Shown: one piece after another, positions 62,675-64,000 of the stretch
Numbering within the stretch: position 1 is the first letter of the stretch
Layout of the letters: every line of letters starts with the position of its first letter
Origin: Mytilus edulis
Taxonomy: Eukaryota
Direction of reading: 5' to 3'
Length of the DNA: 64,000 nt
Assembly (NCBI RefSeq): GCF_963676685.1
Contig: NC_092345.1
Coordinates: 85,188,001 to 85,252,000 of the forward strand
The notes under the pieces: model-generated
Told to the model about the DNA's origin: nothing
Databases searched by the model: none
The model's input: only the letters and a program-made list of their open reading frames with translations
Position numbers and translations under genes: made by a program

Positions 62675-63703
62675 ACTTTTATAAATTGTTATTTTGATGG
62701 AGAGTTGTCTCATTGGCACTCACACTACATCTTTCTATATCTATTGAATAGATATTTTTTTGTGAGTCACAAGTTCAAAGTTACAGATCAAATTATATAC
62801 AAACAAGGTATTATTTGAATCTGGAATAATTTTGAAATCTTGAAAATTGATATAAAGAAATGTATGATGAAAATTAACCAAACTACGGGTAAAGATAATT
62901 TTATTTTCACTGATATTTCAGATTGTCCCATAAATACTTGGCTAACCCCCTGAATTTGTTTAGTTTTCATCATATATTATTTTTCATTTTTATTCTAGTA
63001 TTGAAATTATTCTTTATTTTTTTAATAATACAAAAATGTACCTTGTTTACAGTATAAGTAGTTTACAAGTCTAAAACTTGGAACAGTGAGCCTTTGACAA
63101 CTTTTTCTTAATAGAGTTTAAAAGGTTTTGTTTGCTCATTTAGGTCTTAAATTATGTTTGACAAAACTTTATATGTCTGTTTTATCAGTATTTTCATACC
63201 AACTTTATTTTGCTGAAGCCTTGAACATTGGTTTGTAATTGAATCTTGTTCATTCTTTAGTTCACCTTTATACCTGGATCGAGCATTTAGTTTCTGCTCA
63301 TGGGAAAATTATATTATCCATATAATTTTGTATCTAGTGGATACATGTATATTAAAATATTGATTGATTGATTGTTGGTTGCTTTACGTCGCCTTAGCAC
63401 AACAAGGCTATATCGTGGCGATATATATTAAAATAAGGAGATGTGTCCATTTCATTTCATTTGAACTTTGGTGGATAGTTGTCTCAATGGCAATCATATC
63501 ACATCTCCCTATATTAAAATAAGGAGATGTGGTATGATTGCCATTGAGACAACTATCCACCAAAGTTCAAATGAATTCGATGTAAGCAATTATAGTCAAC
63601 CATATGACCTTCAACAATGAGAAAACCCATACAGTATGGTCAGTCAACATGTTGTTATCTCTTTGGTTCCATTTAGTTGTATGAACTTCACAACACTTGT
63701 AAA

Positions 63704-64000
63704 GGGGCTTCATTGGCTGAAGGTGGAACTTCTGTATCACTAGCCTGTCAACACTGAGGGGGGCTCCATTGGCTGAAGGTGGAACTTCTGTATCACTAGC
63801 CTGTCAACACTGAGGGGGGCTTCATTGGCTGAAGGTGGAACTTCTGTATCACTAGCCTGTCAACACTGAGGGGGGCTTCATTGGCTGAAGGTGGAACTTC
63901 TGTATCACTAGCCTGTCAACACTGAGGGGGGCTTCATTGGCTGAAGGTGGAACTTCTGTATCACTAGCCTGTCAACACTGAGGGGGGCTTCATTGGCTGA
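63704..64000 (+). repeat. 56-bp tandem array, 5 or more near-identical copies, running off the window
   Basis: Unit gggggcttcattggctgaaggtggaacttctgtatcactagcctgtcaacactgag. Confidence 0.96.

Overview
AT-rich, intron-rich animal genomic DNA. The repeat families look bivalve and most resemble Mytilus (inference). Three host genes can be built from splice signals. (1) The first coding exon of an integrin alpha subunit (minus strand, 4210-4421), whose remainder lies left of the window. (2) A complete 7-exon, 243-aa P-type lectin (CD-MPR/M6PR/ATG27-like) receptor on the minus strand (6706-21179), in which all four canonical mannose-binding residues appear substituted. (3) A complete 11-exon, 242-aa SARNP (CIP29/Tho1) gene on the plus strand (21499-39534), head-to-head with the receptor gene and carrying six RxxR/KFG motifs, one apparently added by exon duplication. 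SARNP intron 1 holds an intact 2.3-kb pogo/Tigger transposon inserted into a dead hAT transposase fragment. The integrin intron holds a frameshifted, spliced, probably transposon-borne gene. The rest is layered mobile DNA: Penelope-like and LINE RT relics, a type I hammerhead ribozyme motif, Kolobok-like and 5-bp-TSD MITEs, 35-36-bp hairpin elements with 7-bp TSDs, Helentron-like (HINE) elements, SINE pieces and several tandem arrays that seem to derive from mobile elements. No prokaryotic system or CRISPR array is present. Family assignments rest on motif recognition by eye, not on database searches.
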